Under the pieces are notes generated by a model. The model ran no database searches, was not told where the DNA came from, and saw only the letters and a program-made list of their open reading frames with translations. Positions 9,391 to 19,651 of a stretch of 64,000 nt of DNA are shown here, one piece after another. Made by a program: the position numbers and the translations under genes. The DNA is from an uncultured delta proteobacterium (GTDB lineage: Bacteria > Desulfobacterota > BSN033 > UBA1163). Every line of letters begins with the position of its first letter. Positions within the stretch are counted from its first letter, which is position 1. Location: positions 256,001 to 320,000 of the forward strand of contig CAWHBU010000001.1 in the NCBI GenBank assembly GCA_963827685.1, given 5' to 3'.

Positions 9391-9462
9391 AGGCTGGGGG
9401 GCCAGGTCTTGCAATCACACATTTCATAAAACAAGAGAGGTCATCCATAAAAAAATTGGCCC
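9391..9462 (+). repeat. Composite array repeat copy (full form)
   Basis: AGGCTGGGGGGCCAGGTCTTGCAATCACACATTTCATAAAACAAGAGAGGTCATCCATAAAAAAATTGGCC. Confidence 0.92.
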
Positions 9463-9531
9463 TGCAAACAAGAGATCGCAAAGAGCATGGCGCATAGAGC
9501 AGAGTGTCATTTGTAAAGAGAGTGAAAAAGT

Positions 9532-9777
9532 TCAGCCTGATAGGTTTTTTATTTTTATCCCTTTACCTTTCTTAAGGCTTTCCCTGGCGGATGCAACTCG
9601 CGCTAAGAACCTGGGATCGTGCTCTAACCTGTAGTCAAACCAGTCCTCTTCGGACCCGAAGCCAATTAAAACACCGGCCGGTTTTCCATGACGTGTGATG
9701 ATAATCTCTTCTTTTTCCGCCAAATCCAGGTATTCTGAAAGGCGGCCCTTAACCTCTGACAGTGCAATCCTTTTCAT
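9532..9777 (-). CDS. Phd/YefM-family antitoxin
   Basis: MKRIALSEVKGRLSEYL...EEIIITRHGKPAGVL. Confidence 0.9.
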   Translation of the reverse strand: MKRIALSEVKGRLSEYLDLAEKEEIIITRHGKPAGVLIGFGSEEDWFDYRLEHDPRFLARVASARESLKKGKGIKIKNLSG

Positions 9778-9989
9778 TTCTTCTCTCCCATTTCCTCCAG
9801 CCACTCAGTGGCTTTGGACTTCGGTATAATTGCCAAGACTTCTACCGTCGCTTCCACAACCATAAAAAACCCTGATTTCATCGACTCTCAATCGATACTG
9901 TGGTCGACTGATACCCTGTAACTTTTTTATCCGACTCTTGCTTATTTTTTGCGGCTCAAACCTTAGATGTTTTTCGATCGCCTCTATGA
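9774..9989 (-). pseudogene. RelE/ParE-family toxin, 5'-truncated and frameshifted
   Basis: IEAIEKHLRFEPQKISKSRIKKLQGISRPQYRLRVDEIRVFY, then 2-nt shift to VVEATVEVLAIIPK...*; ATGA overlap with antitoxin; N-terminus missing at repeat. Confidence 0.85.
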
Positions 9990-9992
9990 GTG

Positions 9993-10018
9993 GGTGGCAT
10001 CCATAAAAAAGTTGGCCC
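9993..10018 (+). repeat. Array repeat, second part only
   Basis: GGTGGCATCCATAAAAAAGTTGGCCC. Confidence 0.85.
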
Positions 10019-10053
10019 TGCCCATTAAAGTGAAGATGGGGTATTCAATTGCG

Positions 10054-10073
10054 CCTGCCTGCCGGTAGGCAGG
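10054..10073. repeat. Small palindromic CCTGCC...GGCAGG element (relatives at 23459, 26756, 31921, 35444, 51558, 59239)
   Basis: CCTGCCTGCCGGTAGGCAGG, identical to 59239..59258. Confidence 0.85.
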
Positions 10074-10157
10074 GAATGCGGATTGCCGAATGCGGAATTT
10101 AAAACTAAAAAGAGCATAGAGCGGAGCGTTTAGACCCCTTGCGCTTCACGCCTGGAT

Positions 10158-11192
10158 TTATTTCTCTCGCAGCCTTTTGGACACTTCTGCGGTCAACTCA
10201 CAAACCTTTTCAGCCAAAGGAATAGGAAGTGACGCAGCTCCACAACTGGGGGTGATGATGGTTTTTTGAAGAAGGATTGGGTCAATTCCTTTCTTTGAGA
10301 GAGTTTCAATTCCTTCTTTGAAACGTTTGATCAGACTTTGCACATCCTCTTTTAGAATAGCCTCACTCGTTGGGACGATGCCCCAGGCTAAGATGCCTCC
10401 TCTTTCTAAGAATGCTCTTAAGTCCTTTGGATAAAGAGAAAGTGTCTCCAGATATTCATATGCGTCGAAGCTGAGAATATCGAGATGCGTCGAGAGAAGC
10501 ACACTCCAGTCGGTATTTCCACAGCAGTGAGTTCCCTTTAATCCTTTCACAGCATCAAAACATTCATTTAATGAATGAACGACATCCTCCCGATTCAGGC
10601 CTGAGAAGGCAGAGCCAAATGAGGAGAGGGAGGGTTCGTCAAAAAAGAGTATCGTTGGGATCCCGGGAAAGAGGTCATTGAACTTCTTTTCCATCCATCG
10701 TGCTTTCAATGAAAGGTGTTTGACGAGGATGTCTCTTAAAGACGGGTCGTAAAAGATAGGTTTCTGCTCCTGATCGGCTAAGGCGAGACCAAACGTGACC
10801 GGCCCTGTGATCTGGCCCTTGATATATTTTATCTTCTTTCGGTGGTCTTTTGACGAGAGGGTTTTTAAGATCCGGAGCCCCCTTGCAAAATCCTCCGTGA
10901 TTTGAAAAGGGTCAAGATCGCCCTCCTCGAAACGTTGGTAAAATTTCTCGATTTCTTTCTCAAATCCCTGAGACGTCTCTATCCAAACCCTTTGTTCCTT
11001 TTCATTCCATCTTAAGGAAGGAAACCCTTCAGAATATTGAACGACCATACCTTCCAGAAAAGACCGCTTTGGCAGTTGGGGCCAGAATGGGATTTCGGGG
11101 AAGTTCTTGAAGATGAGTCCGAAGACCTCCTTCTCATCCTGATGAGGGAAGGACCCGATTCCTGTTGTGATGAAAGGGTATTGAAATTCCAT
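10158..11192 (-). CDS. Cobalamin-independent methionine synthase II-like (single-barrel MetE/Meth_synt_2) protein
   Basis: TGIGSFPH, PFWPQLP, KGQITGPVT, FFDEP, HCCGN, WGIVPT, ITPSCG Zn-ligand motifs. Confidence 0.85.
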   Translation of the reverse strand: MEFQYPFITTGIGSFPHQDEKEVFGLIFKNFPEIPFWPQLPKRSFLEGMVVQYSEGFPSLRWNEKEQRVWIETSQGFEKEIEKFYQRFEEGDLDPFQITEDFARGLRILKTLSSKDHRKKIKYIKGQITGPVTFGLALADQEQKPIFYDPSLRDILVKHLSLKARWMEKKFNDLFPGIPTILFFDEPSLSSFGSAFSGLNREDVVHSLNECFDAVKGLKGTHCCGNTDWSVLLSTHLDILSFDAYEYLETLSLYPKDLRAFLERGGILAWGIVPTSEAILKEDVQSLIKRFKEGIETLSKKGIDPILLQKTIITPSCGAASLPIPLAEKVCELTAEVSKRLREK

Positions 11193-11253
11193 AGCTTTTC
11201 ATAAAGGGATTTGACACAAAAAGTCAAGGAAATTTTGTCGAGCCCTGTTACTT

Positions 11254-11493
11254 CTCGGTCTCGGGTGCGGTTGGATCGGGGTGGTCTCCCCTCCGAAATC
11301 TCGCAAAGCGGATCATTGGAGAGAGGGGAATGGGCGGGCGGTGCTGAAGAGGCTGTTTTAAGGGTATTTACGCCTTGGCTCATCGCTCAAATGTGCCGCT
11401 TCCCGTGGTCGGGTCTTGTCGACAAGTTTTCTCCGGGGAGACCGCCCCGATCCTGGGCGTAGGATCTCCGCCCATCGCTGAGGGATTACCGAG
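11254..11493 (+). ncRNA. Candidate structured RNA (unassigned)
   Basis: 19-bp stem 11273..11291/11435..11453, closing CTCGGT/ACCGAG stem, inner stems with G-U pairs on + strand; no credible ORF. Confidence 0.4.
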
Positions 11494-11526
11494 CCCTTGA
11501 TAAACAGTGGATTCCAAATGTGAAAC

Positions 11527-11560
11527 TTGACAATTTAAAATTCGACGGTTATTTATAAAA
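11527..11560 (+). promoter_or_regulatory. Probable sigma70 promoter of groESL, separated from groES by IS200
   Basis: TTGACA followed ~17 bp later by TATTTATAAA. Confidence 0.5.
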
Positions 11561-11569
11561 AATACCTGT

Positions 11570-12096
11570 TGAATACCGCCCAGCTCTGCTGGGCGGATGA
11601 AAACAGGTTCGCGAAGCGATAAGACATGGTATAAGTACTGCATGAGCTCGATAAAAAGAACAAGCCATGCGGTCTACGATTTGAAATATCATATGGTATG
11701 GGTTCCCAAATATCGGAAGATGATATTGGGAGGTGAGTTGGCAAAAAGGCTTAAGATGAGTTTTGAGCAAATATCGGAGAGGTACGAGTTTGAGATAGAT
11801 ACGATGGAGGTAAAGGATGATCATGTTCATTTATTTTTGTCTGCCCCTCCTCGGTATTGTCCGGCAGAGATTGTGCAGATCATAAAGAGTATCTCGGCGA
11901 AAATGGTGTTCAAGCAGTTTCCAGAGGTGAAGAAAGAGCTTTGGGGTGGAGAGTTTTGGAGTGATGGGTATTTTGTTCGGTCTGTTGGAGACAAAGTTAC
12001 CTCTGAAGTCATACGTCGCTATATAAAGTATCAGCAACAGGAGCAATTAAGTTTTGAATTTTAATGCCCCGCAGCTCTGCTGCGGGGTTCTTTACT
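11570..12096 (+). mobile_element. IS200/IS605-family element (tnpA only)
   Basis: Subterminal hairpins CCGCCCAGCTCTGCTGGGCGG (11577) and CCCCGCAGCTCTGCTGCGGGG (12067) flanking tnpA; ends approximate. Confidence 0.85.
11642..12064 (+). CDS. tnpA: IS200-family Y1 (HUH) transposase
   Basis: YHMVWVPKYR, DHVHLF (HUH), FWSDGYFVRSVG, YIKYQ catalytic Tyr. Confidence 0.95.
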   Translation: MSSIKRTSHAVYDLKYHMVWVPKYRKMILGGELAKRLKMSFEQISERYEFEIDTMEVKDDHVHLFLSAPPRYCPAEIVQIIKSISAKMVFKQFPEVKKELWGGEFWSDGYFVRSVGDKVTSEVIRRYIKYQQQEQLSFEF

Positions 12097-12131
12097 TTGA
12101 ATAAATTTTAACAGAAGGGAGGTCTGTCTCT

Positions 12132-12419
12132 ATGAAGGTAAGGCCACTTCACGATCGGCTCATTGTTCAAAGATTGAAGGAGGAAGAGAAAACAAAAGGA
12201 GGAATCATCATCCCTGACACGGCCAAAGAAAAACCTATCGAGGGAAAAGTGATCGCCGTCGGGGCGGGAAGGATCAAGAAGGATGGGACCAAGATTCCTC
12301 TTGAGGTTAAGAAAGGCGATCGGGTCCTGTACGCAAAGTATGGAGGGACCGAGGTAAAGATCGATGGAGAAGAATATCTCATGATGAAAGAGGATGATAT
12401 CTTCGCCATCATTGAATGA
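12132..12419 (+). CDS. groES: Co-chaperonin GroES
   Basis: [30 protein letters not shown]. Confidence 0.98.
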   Translation: MKVRPLHDRLIVQRLKEEEKTKGGIIIPDTAKEKPIEGKVIAVGAGRIKKDGTKIPLEVKKGDRVLYAKYGGTEVKIDGEEYLMMKEDDIFAIIE

Positions 12420-14054
<1,635 letters not shown>

Positions 14055-14071
14055 CGAAGATTAATGAAAAA

Positions 14072-14103
14072 ATATGGGGGCGGATTTCAAAACCGCTCCC
14101 ATA
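14072..14103 (+). terminator. Hairpin after groEL (terminator or REP-like)
   Basis: ATATGGGGGCGG-loop-CCGCTCCCATAT. Confidence 0.5.
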
Positions 14104-14178
14104 TCGATTAAACAATTACCCTGAGACATGAGGGGGTTAAAACAATGGTGGCGCCGTTTATCCGAACGAAGGGCGACG

Positions 14179-14946
14179 CTACTCCCCTTTGAATACCGGT
14201 TCGCGCCTCTCCAGGAACGCCGTCATCCCTTCCCTCGCGTCATCGCTCTGGGTGAGCTTCTTTGACCATTCCCTGTCAACGCGGAGCCCCTCTTCAAGGC
14301 CCTTTTCGAGGCCCACGCTCATCCCATTCAGCACGGCTTTCACGGCAACGGGCGGCCGCTTGGCCAGCGCCAGCGCAAAGGTCATGGCTTCCTTCATTAA
14401 GTCGGCCGCGGGAACGACCCGGTCCGCAAGGCCGACGGCCAGCGCCTCCTGCCCCGAAAGCCTTTTGCTGAAAAGAATCATGTCCAGCGCCTTCGACTTG
14501 CCCAGCAGGCGCGGCAAGCGCTGTACGCCGCCCCAGCCTGGGGTGATGCCGAGATTCAATTCCGGGCATCCGATGACAGCCTTGGGATTGTCCGTCATAA
14601 AACGGAAATGACATACCAGCGCGAGCTCGCATCCGCCGCCAAGCGCGTATCCGTTGATGGCGGCGATCACCGGCTTGGAGAAACGTTCGATGTGGTTGAA
14701 TATGTCGTTGCCGTTGGGCCCTTTCTCGAGGTTCGCTATGTCCGTCACGTCCATTCCGGCACTGAAGCCCTTGTCGCCAGCGCCGGTGATGATAACGACC
14801 CTGGTATCCTTGCTCTGTTCCAGCTCAATGACAGCGCGGTTCAAGTCTTCGCGTATGCCGAGGTTTACTGAGTTGGCGGGGGGACGGTTGAGTGTAATAG
14901 TGCTCACAAAATCCTTCGTCGTTACGATGATGTTATTATAGCTCAT
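14179..14946 (-). CDS. Enoyl-CoA hydratase/isomerase
   Basis: ITLNRPP, FSAGMD, KPVIAAINGYALGGGCELAL, PELNLG..PGWGG. Confidence 0.95.
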   Translation of the reverse strand: MSYNNIIVTTKDFVSTITLNRPPANSVNLGIREDLNRAVIELEQSKDTRVVIITGAGDKGFSAGMDVTDIANLEKGPNGNDIFNHIERFSKPVIAAINGYALGGGCELALVCHFRFMTDNPKAVIGCPELNLGITPGWGGVQRLPRLLGKSKALDMILFSKRLSGQEALAVGLADRVVPAADLMKEAMTFALALAKRPPVAVKAVLNGMSVGLEKGLEEGLRVDREWSKKLTQSDDAREGMTAFLERREPVFKGE

Positions 14947-15366
14947 AGATGACCTCCAATCTGTTTTGGTTGGGAAGAATATACGAGAACTGGAGTTAAC
15001 TGTCAAGCATATCAGACCACAAAATTCCGCTTGACAACGTTTTTTTGTCCTGCTATCGTTCAAATCCGTAAGTTTCCCTGGCACATAAAAAATTCCAATC
15101 CGAACTTTACTCTTCTGGTGAATAAGATGAGAAGGTGTGGTCGTCAGAAGGTACCAATAGGATGCCTCCAGGGGAGATTGTTTTACTCCTTTGGAGGCTA
15201 TTGTATCTTAGTCGCCGATAAAGTTTAGCCGCTCAATAGGCTGAAACAGAAGGCTATGGGTTTAAATGATTTCTTTTCCTTCACGTTGGGAGTTTTAAGG
15301 GGATGATAGATTTTCCCTTTTTATTCGCCATCGGAGGATTGTACCATTTTGAGGATAAGGAGGAGG

Positions 15367-17229
15367 ATGGAAATGAACTGTAAAAAAAGATCTGCTCTTT
15401 GGTCCAGTGTCACTGTCTTGGTTCTTACCGTTGCAGTATTTATTGTAAACCCAGCTCAAACATGGGCATGCGACGATTACAACACGGTTGTCAAGACAGA
15501 TTATGGTAAGCTGAGAGGTTATGTGAATGAAGAAGCTCTTGTGTGGAAAGGTGTTCCCTATGCCAAGCCGCCAGTGGGTGAGCTACGGTGGAAGGCACCT
15601 CAGGATCCAAAGCCCTGGCACGGTGTTCGCGATGCGATTATACCGGCCGACAAGTGCACCCAACTCAATACACTCGAGGAATGGATTAACACCGGAGAAG
15701 TGGACCCGAACAGTAGTGAGGATTGCCTGTATGTCGATATATATCGTCCGAAGCGCTACACAAACCACGGGGAAAGACTGCCAGTCTATGTGTGGATTCA
15801 CGGAGGCTCCAACTACTTCGGGTCCGCCTGGCAATACGACGGCACGGCCCTGGCGACCCGATCGGATGTGGTCGTGGTGGTCGTCCAATACCGACTCGGT
15901 CCCATGGGGTGGTTCTATCATCCGGCGGTTCAGACCGGCGGTGCGGACAAGCATACCGATTCAGGAAACTTCGGAACGCTCGACCACGCCCAGGCCCTCA
16001 AGTGGGTTCGGGAAAACATCGACGCCTTCGGCGGCGACCCCCATAACATAACCATCACCGGCGAGTCCGCGGGTGCGCACAATGTGATGAACATGGTGGT
16101 GTCTCCTCTCGGCAAGGGCCTCTTCCGCCGGGCCATGTCCGAGAGCGGCGGGATGCGTACCGTGCCCCCCATAACGACCACGGACCCAAAAATCACGCCT
16201 GGGCTCACACAGGCAAATGACATCATTGAGAAGGTTATAAGATTAAAAGAGGGAAAAACCGCGGCAGAAGCAGCGGCGCGCCGCATAGACATGGAGAACG
16301 CTCATACCTTGGAAGCCTACCTGAGGTCGACAACTGCCGGGGACTTCTTCCTGGCTATGAATAAATATGGAACGTTGCCGACTTTCCCCGCGATCGAGGA
16401 CGGCAATGTCATCCCCACAGGAGGCTGGATTCCGGCAATCAAGGCGGGGAAACACAACAAGGTGCCGATCATTTTGGGGGCCAACGAATATGAGAGTAAG
16501 TCGTTTATGCCGCTCTTTGGGTCGTCCATCAAGCCTCTTGGGGTGCCTTCTGGCCCCTACACCTGGTTCGACCTGATCCATGTTCTGAGTAAAGATACAA
16601 CACCGCTCCTTACCGTGGACGACGTCCTGCCCACACAGCACGACAGAGACATCTACGAGCTAACGGGGTATTACGGCAGCAGGAACTGGAAGGCAAAGTA
16701 CGTGGACACGGTGGCCCATGAGCTCGCCAAGGTTCAGGACGACGTGTACGCATACCTCTTTAAGTGGGGTGGAGTCGGCTCAGGGCCGTCCCCATTTGAT
16801 TTCATCTACGGCGCGGGTCACGCCGCAGAGATCCCCTTCTTTTTCGGGAGTGACCAGGGCCTGTTCGGTTATCCGTTCGTCCCTGCGAACGAGGCCGGCC
16901 GAAAGCAGCTCCAATACGCCATGATGAAGTACCTTGCGAACTTCGCCTGGACTGGTAACCCGAACCACGACTTTTCATCTTACCCACGGTGGGAGAAATG
17001 GTCCCATTTCTTGTATCTCCCGAAGTGGAAGGAGTGGTCCAACACCCCGGGAGCGCCCAAGGCGATTGTCTTCGATGCCGATTTCCATCAGGCGCACATT
17101 GCGATGATGACCGAAGAACTGACCATAGAAGGAGTCACAGACGAGCTTGAAGCGGCGATGACGAGTAAGAAGCTGTCTCTCTATGAAGAGTTGGCAGCGC
17201 TCGCCTTCCAGTTCTCATCGCCCTGGTAG
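15367..17229 (+). CDS. Secreted type B carboxylesterase/lipase
   Basis: Signal peptide; GVPYAKPPVG, SEDCLY, WIHGGS, GESAG nucleophile, HAAEIPF. Confidence 0.95.
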   Translation: MEMNCKKRSALWSSVTVLVLTVAVFIVNPAQTWACDDYNTVVKTDYGKLRGYVNEEALVWKGVPYAKPPVGELRWKAPQDPKPWHGVRDAIIPADKCTQLNTLEEWINTGEVDPNSSEDCLYVDIYRPKRYTNHGERLPVYVWIHGGSNYFGSAWQYDGTALATRSDVVVVVVQYRLGPMGWFYHPAVQTGGADKHTDSGNFGTLDHAQALKWVRENIDAFGGDPHNITITGESAGAHNVMNMVVSPLGKGLFRRAMSESGGMRTVPPITTTDPKITPGLTQANDIIEKVIRLKEGKTAAEAAARRIDMENAHTLEAYLRSTTAGDFFLAMNKYGTLPTFPAIEDGNVIPTGGWIPAIKAGKHNKVPIILGANEYESKSFMPLFGSSIKPLGVPSGPYTWFDLIHVLSKDTTPLLTVDDVLPTQHDRDIYELTGYYGSRNWKAKYVDTVAHELAKVQDDVYAYLFKWGGVGSGPSPFDFIYGAGHAAEIPFFFGSDQGLFGYPFVPANEAGRKQLQYAMMKYLANFAWTGNPNHDFSSYPRWEKWSHFLYLPKWKEWSNTPGAPKAIVFDADFHQAHIAMMTEELTIEGVTDELEAAMTSKKLSLYEELAALAFQFSSPW

Positions 17230-17266
17230 GTGATCGAGAGCATGAGACACCTGGTTGAACTCTCTG

Positions 17267-17297
17267 GAGGGCAGGGGAAAAATCCCCTGCCCTCTTT
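17267..17297 (+). terminator. Rho-independent terminator
   Basis: GAGGGCAGGGGA-loop-TCCCCTGCCCTC followed by TTT. Confidence 0.7.
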
Positions 17298-17405
17298 CAT
17301 TCCGCTAACTTGGTTTTGCGATGTGGGTGAAAGAGTTGGCCAACACCTCATTTGGCAATGTCAGTCAGAGCAAAGCTCAATTTTCACAGAGCTTCACATT
17401 TGACA

Positions 17406-19379
17406 CTACGTCACACCCTTCAGATCTTCCAACTCCAGGGCGAGGGATTCCCAAGATTGAGTAAGTTTTTTTACCTGTTCTTTAACTTGTTTATGGGTCT
17501 GAACGGTTTCGTAAGTCTCTTGCTGATTTAGATAGAGATTGGGGTCAGAAAGCCTTTGATTCAGTTGATCCAGTCTTTGAGTGGCTTCATGTAAAGATTT
17601 TTCTACTTCCTGAAATCTTTTTTCGAGGCTCGACAGTTGCCGTCGGAATTGATCCATCTGTCGAGCCTTTATTCTCCTCTCCTCCTTAGCCATAACCTTT
17701 GACTTCTTTATCGCAGATCTTTCTTTTTCCTCGACCTCGGCTTGAACCTGAACCTCTTTCTTCACCTCTTCTTTTTGGATCTGTTGCTTTTTATAAAGGT
17801 AATAGTCGTAGTTTCCAGGATAGAGATGAGGGATGCCTTGATCGATTTCGATGATTTTGTTGGCTATCTCATTAATTAAATGGCGGTCGTGAGTAATTAA
17901 ACAGATTGTTCCCTGAAATTGTTTCAAGGCTATCTCCAAAACATTTCTGGACGATATGTCGAGATGGCTGGTGGGTTCGTCAAAGAGAAGAAAGTTGGCA
18001 GGCTTTAAGAGGATCTTTGCCAGAACCAGCCGGCTCTTCTCCCCACCGCTTAGAACCGAGACCTTTTTTTCAATCTCATCTCCGGTAAAAAGAAAAGTGC
18101 CTAAGAGTGTTCGAAGCTCGGTTTGACTTTCATCCGTGGCGATGGAGAGCAATTCTTCAAAGACTGTATTTTCTGGACGGAGGATATCGAACTGATGCTG
18201 GGCAAAGTAGGCACGGGTCACATCCTTTCCTAAAATGACTTCACCTTGTTCGAAATCGAGAACGCCGGCTAAGATCTTGACGAGGGTGGACTTTCCTGCT
18301 CCATTGGGACCCACCAAAGCCACTTTATCTCCCCGGGAGAGAGTGAGATCAATGCCTTGATAGACAACCGTTTCCCTGTAACGTTTGTAGAGATGTTTAA
18401 CCTCCACCACTTTATGGCCGCTTCGCTTCGGCGCAGGGAAGTGAAATCGGATCTCTTTTTTTCCTGCTGGAAGTTCAATCCGCTCTATTTTTTCGAGCAT
18501 CTTGATCCGGCTCTGGACCTGACTTGATTTGGTATTTTTAGCCCTGAATCGCTCGATAAACCGTTCCGTTTGCTCAATCTTCCGCTGTTGAGTCTTAAAA
18601 GTGGCCTGAAGAATTTGTCCCCGGGCTTCTTTCTCCTCCCAATAGTGGTCATAATCACCGTAATAGAGATCGATCTGTTGAGCTTCGATCTCTGCAATCC
18701 GATCGATGAGATGGTTAAGAAAAACCCGATCGTGTGAGACGATCACCATGGCACCCGGGTAATTGATCAAGAATTCCTCCAGCCAGATAAGCGAGGCCAG
18801 GTCCAGATGGTTGGTTGGTTCATCGAGCAGAAGAAGGTCAGGAGATTGAAGAAGGATTTTCGCCAAGGCAATTCGCATCAGCCAACCCCCGCTTAATTCA
18901 TCGGTGAGCCGATTGAAATCTCCCTCCTTAAATCCTAATCCTTGAAGGATGCGCTTTGCCTCAGCTTCCAGGCCATATCCTCCGAGGATGGTATAGCGCT
19001 CCTGGAGCTTTCCATATTCCCTTGCCAGCCTCTCCTGTTCTTGGGGATCCTCAATGGTTGAAAGTTCTTCCTCCAATATCTTCATCTTGTCCTGGAGGGA
19101 GGTAATGCTGGTCAGGCTTTTTAAGACTTCGTTAAGAACAGTATTGCCTCTAAAGGAAATCACTTCTTGAGGGAGATAGCCAATCTTTACCCCTTTGGCG
19201 ATGAGGATCTCGCCTTCGTCAACGGATTCCTCCCCTAAGATCATTCTGAAAAGAGTCGTCTTCCCTGAACCATTGGGGCCGATGAGGCCGACCCGATCCC
19301 TCACTCCAATTTGAAGGGAGCAATCCTTGAAAAGAACTTTGCTTCCAAATTGTTTCTGAACATGGTTGAGAGTGATCAT
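17406..19379 (-). CDS. ABC-F family ATPase
   Basis: Two NBDs (GPNGSGKT, LSGGW, LLLDEPTNHLD; GPNGAGKST, LSGGE), no TM segments, C-terminal coiled coil. Confidence 0.95.
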   Translation of the reverse strand: MITLNHVQKQFGSKVLFKDCSLQIGVRDRVGLIGPNGSGKTTLFRMILGEESVDEGEILIAKGVKIGYLPQEVISFRGNTVLNEVLKSLTSITSLQDKMKILEEELSTIEDPQEQERLAREYGKLQERYTILGGYGLEAEAKRILQGLGFKEGDFNRLTDELSGGWLMRIALAKILLQSPDLLLLDEPTNHLDLASLIWLEEFLINYPGAMVIVSHDRVFLNHLIDRIAEIEAQQIDLYYGDYDHYWEEKEARGQILQATFKTQQRKIEQTERFIERFRAKNTKSSQVQSRIKMLEKIERIELPAGKKEIRFHFPAPKRSGHKVVEVKHLYKRYRETVVYQGIDLTLSRGDKVALVGPNGAGKSTLVKILAGVLDFEQGEVILGKDVTRAYFAQHQFDILRPENTVFEELLSIATDESQTELRTLLGTFLFTGDEIEKKVSVLSGGEKSRLVLAKILLKPANFLLFDEPTSHLDISSRNVLEIALKQFQGTICLITHDRHLINEIANKIIEIDQGIPHLYPGNYDYYLYKKQQIQKEEVKKEVQVQAEVEEKERSAIKKSKVMAKEERRIKARQMDQFRRQLSSLEKRFQEVEKSLHEATQRLDQLNQRLSDPNLYLNQQETYETVQTHKQVKEQVKKLTQSWESLALELEDLKGVT

Positions 19380-19432
19380 TGATCGCTCAAAATGAGAGAG
19401 ACATTACTCGTCAATTTCTGGTATATCCTTAT

Positions 19433-19487
19433 TGGGCGGGGTTAGAAAACCCCGCCTATCGAGATAGGCGGGACATTCCTGTCCCGC
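19433..19487. repeat. REP-like doublet
   Basis: GGCGGGGTTAGAAAACCCCGCC and GCGGGACATTCCTGTCCCGC hairpins. Confidence 0.5.
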
Positions 19488-19497
19488 AGGGGATATT

Positions 19498-19632
19498 GTG
19501 AAGCTTCCCGGCCGCCGGCCTGGGCTTCCCGGGCACGCAGTGGCGAGCGGGATGCGAGCAAAGGAAATATCGTTTTAGTGGTGCCCCTTGACCCCGCCTA
19601 AAAGGCGGGGCTTGCGGGGCACTTGCCGGTCA
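19498..19632. repeat. GTGAAGCT...CCGGTCA small element (related copy 39641..39709)
   Basis: Both copies begin GTGAAGCT and end GGCGGGGCTTGCGGGGCACnTnCCGGTCA. Confidence 0.7.
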
Positions 19633-19651
19633 GATATGGATTCGAAGGGGT

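Noticed and set aside
4561-10018. CRISPR array
   Set aside because: Repeats are separated by 0.3-1.9 kb gene-bearing segments, not 30-40 bp spacers; no cas genes.
4561-10018. Classical integron (attC array)
   Set aside because: The recurring repeat lacks RYYYAAC...GTTRRRY palindromic structure and no IntI is in the window; only one unit shows attC-like remnants.
11642-12064. IS200 TnpA as the enzyme acting on the array repeats
   Set aside because: It has its own distinct hairpin ends with no similarity to parts A or B; cannot be excluded but is unsupported.
12064-12132. TnpB/IscB or omega-RNA system next to tnpA
   Set aside because: The right-end hairpin follows tnpA immediately; no RuvC/HNH ORF.
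11500-12132. CIRCE element for groESL
   Set aside because: No TTAGCACTC-N9-GAGTGCTAA match seen.
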